A DNA stretch of 59,952 nt, from assembly GCA_934086815.1 (NCBI GenBank), contig CAKOIM010000004.1, positions 1 to 59,952 on the forward strand, in the 5' to 3' direction. The stretch comes from an uncultured Bacilli bacterium (GTDB taxonomy: Bacteria; Bacillota_I; Bacilli_A; RF39; UBA660). Shown piece by piece: positions 58,539-59,952 of the stretch (positions are counted from its first letter, which is position 1; the number at the start of each line of letters is the position of its first letter). A program made the position numbers and the translations under genes. Under the pieces are notes generated by a model that worked only from the letters and a program-made list of their open reading frames with translations, made no database searches and was not told where the DNA came from.

Positions 58539-59315
58539 TTATTTTATTAATTTACGAACATTTGCAATGGCATTCTTTTCTATTCTAGATACTTGTGCTT
58601 GACTAATATTTAATTCCATAGCTATTTCCATTTGTGTTTTTCCTATTATAAATCTTTCTATCAAAATATTTTTTTCTCTTTCTTTTATTTTGCCTAAAGC
58701 TTTTCTTAAAGAAATAATCATATCTTTATCACTATTTTTATCTTTTATATCTGCAATTTGATCAAAAAGATAAATTGTATCCCCTCCATCATTATAAATT
58801 GGTTCAAATATACTAGAGGGATCTTTTAGGGAATCCATTGCATAAGAAATCATATACTCATCTATATTTAAAGTTTCAGCAATTAAACTTGCACTTGGCT
58901 CTACACCATATTCAGCAATATATTCATCTTTAAAACGAATTATTTGATATGCTAAATCTTTTGTACTCCGACTTACTCTAATAGCCATATTATCTCTTAA
59001 ATACCTTTTTATTTCTCCAACAATTAAATGAACTGCATAAGTTGATAATTTAAGTCCATATGTAATATCAAAATTATCTATTGCTTTTATAAGTCCTATT
59101 ACTCCAACTTGAAACAAATCATCTAAATTAACATTCTTATTATTAAAACTTTTTAAAATACTTAAAACTAATTTCAAATTCCCATTTATTAACTTTTCTT
59201 TAGCTTCTAAATCCCCATTTCTAAGTCTAATAAATAATTCAGTCATTTCTTCTTTAGATAAAGTTTTTAATTCACTTGTATTTATACCTGTAATATCTAC
59301 TTTGTATTTTGCCAT
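58539..59315 (-). CDS. sigG: Sporulation sigma factor SigG (forespore-specific; SigF not fully excluded)
   Basis: MAKYKVDITGINTSELKTL..., LFQVGVIGLIKAIDNFD, STYAVHLIVGEIKRYLRDN, SIFEPIYNDGGDTIYLFDQIAD and GKTQMEIAMELNISQAQVSRIEK closely follow remembered B. subtilis SigG. The start at 59315 has a GAAAGGA RBS. Confidence 0.85.
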   Translation of the reverse strand: MAKYKVDITGINTSELKTLSKEEMTELFIRLRNGDLEAKEKLINGNLKLVLSILKSFNNKNVNLDDLFQVGVIGLIKAIDNFDITYGLKLSTYAVHLIVGEIKRYLRDNMAIRVSRSTKDLAYQIIRFKDEYIAEYGVEPSASLIAETLNIDEYMISYAMDSLKDPSSIFEPIYNDGGDTIYLFDQIADIKDKNSDKDMIISLRKALGKIKEREKNILIERFIIGKTQMEIAMELNISQAQVSRIEKNAIANVRKLIK

Positions 59316-59358
59316 ATAATAATCCTTTCCCATTATTTATGGCCGTTTTTCTATATTT

Positions 59359-59844
59359 TTATACAGTTAATTCCAAGTTTAAAACATCTAACATTTCATC
59401 AGTAATTCCTTCTAAATCTCCATTTATTACTTTATTATCTTTTAAAACATCTTTGACTATACTTAAAGGAATATATCTAAGTTTATAATTACCATCTTTT
59501 TCTTCCTCCGTATAATTTGTATTTTTTAAATTAGGTATTCTATCATCGTTAATTTTATAATAATATATTTGTATTAAAGTATTAGTATCCTCCACATATT
59601 TCTTTAACACACAAAACGGAACTAAATATGTAGTATCATAATCTAATCCAGTTTCTTCTTTTAACTCTCTTTTTAAAGCAAAATTTAAATCTTCGCCTCC
59701 TTCTACATGACCTCCCGGAAATTGATATTCATAATACGAATATCCCAATAGTAATTCGTTTTTACTATTTATTATTACAGCTTTTACTCTCGTAACTATA
59801 TTTTCATAATCTACATTAATATTATTTTTAATTATTTCTATCAC
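59359..59844 (-). CDS. NUDIX hydrolase
   Basis: 161 aa with the Nudix box GGHVEGGEDLNFALKRELKEETGL. Confidence 0.85.
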   Translation of the reverse strand: MIEIIKNNINVDYENIVTRVKAVIINSKNELLLGYSYYEYQFPGGHVEGGEDLNFALKRELKEETGLDYDTTYLVPFCVLKKYVEDTNTLIQIYYYKINDDRIPNLKNTNYTEEEKDGNYKLRYIPLSIVKDVLKDNKVINGDLEGITDEMLDVLNLELTV

Positions 59845-59952
59845 TTTACCACCATATAAATTCTATCATAACTTACATAAAAACTTGCTAATAAAAATCA
59901 ATAGTTTTTAAGAAATTTTTAAAATTTTATAGTTTTGTATATCAAATCATGC

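Noticed and set aside
1-59952. A prophage, ICE, integron or IS element explaining the accessory genes.
   Set aside because: No integrase, recombinase, classical transposase, or phage structural or conjugation genes were recognised. The only mobile-type gene is the solitary Rpn-like nuclease, and it has no terminal repeats.

Overview
AT-rich chromosomal segment (roughly 25-30% G+C by eye) from an endospore-forming Bacillota genome. Gene order looks Bacilli/Erysipelotrichia-like: ybxB-like methyltransferase-rpoB-rpoC, lexA ... tkt-sirA-like-yneF, lspA-rluD, sigG-ylmC. About 85% of genes are on the minus strand. All calls come from reading the sequence and the ORF track, and no database search was run. 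Housekeeping content includes rpoB/rpoC, HU, def, rpsD, valS with a T-box leader, tkt, lexA, tRNA-Arg(CCU), lspA, rluD and a SEDS protein. Sporulation-linked genes are cotE, sigG, ylmC/ymxH, a yjcZ-like gene and a sirA-like gene. There is also a Ku plus ligase-only LigD NHEJ pair. Six things deserve a second look. (1) A tightly coupled four-gene operon (29656-34574) is built around a membrane-anchored McrB-family AAA+ GTPase. It has a McrC-position gene with no visible nuclease motif and a calcium-repeat membrane protein. (2) Three 35-bp tandem repeats sit between two hairpins just downstream of that operon. (3) An abrupt G+C-rich ~370-bp patch replaces the 3' end, 3' UTR and terminators of a paralogous surface-protein gene. 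It is either a foreign mosaic or an orphan DGR-like variable region, and no RT or template repeat is in the window. (4) A ~1.09-kb tandem gene duplication lies beside tRNA-Arg and lexA. (5) An AAA ATPase gene is out of frame by exactly one unit of a (TA)7 run. (6) A radical SAM/SPASM-HD-M16-M16 operon is tightly coupled. No CRISPR array, rRNA, integrase or classical IS was seen.
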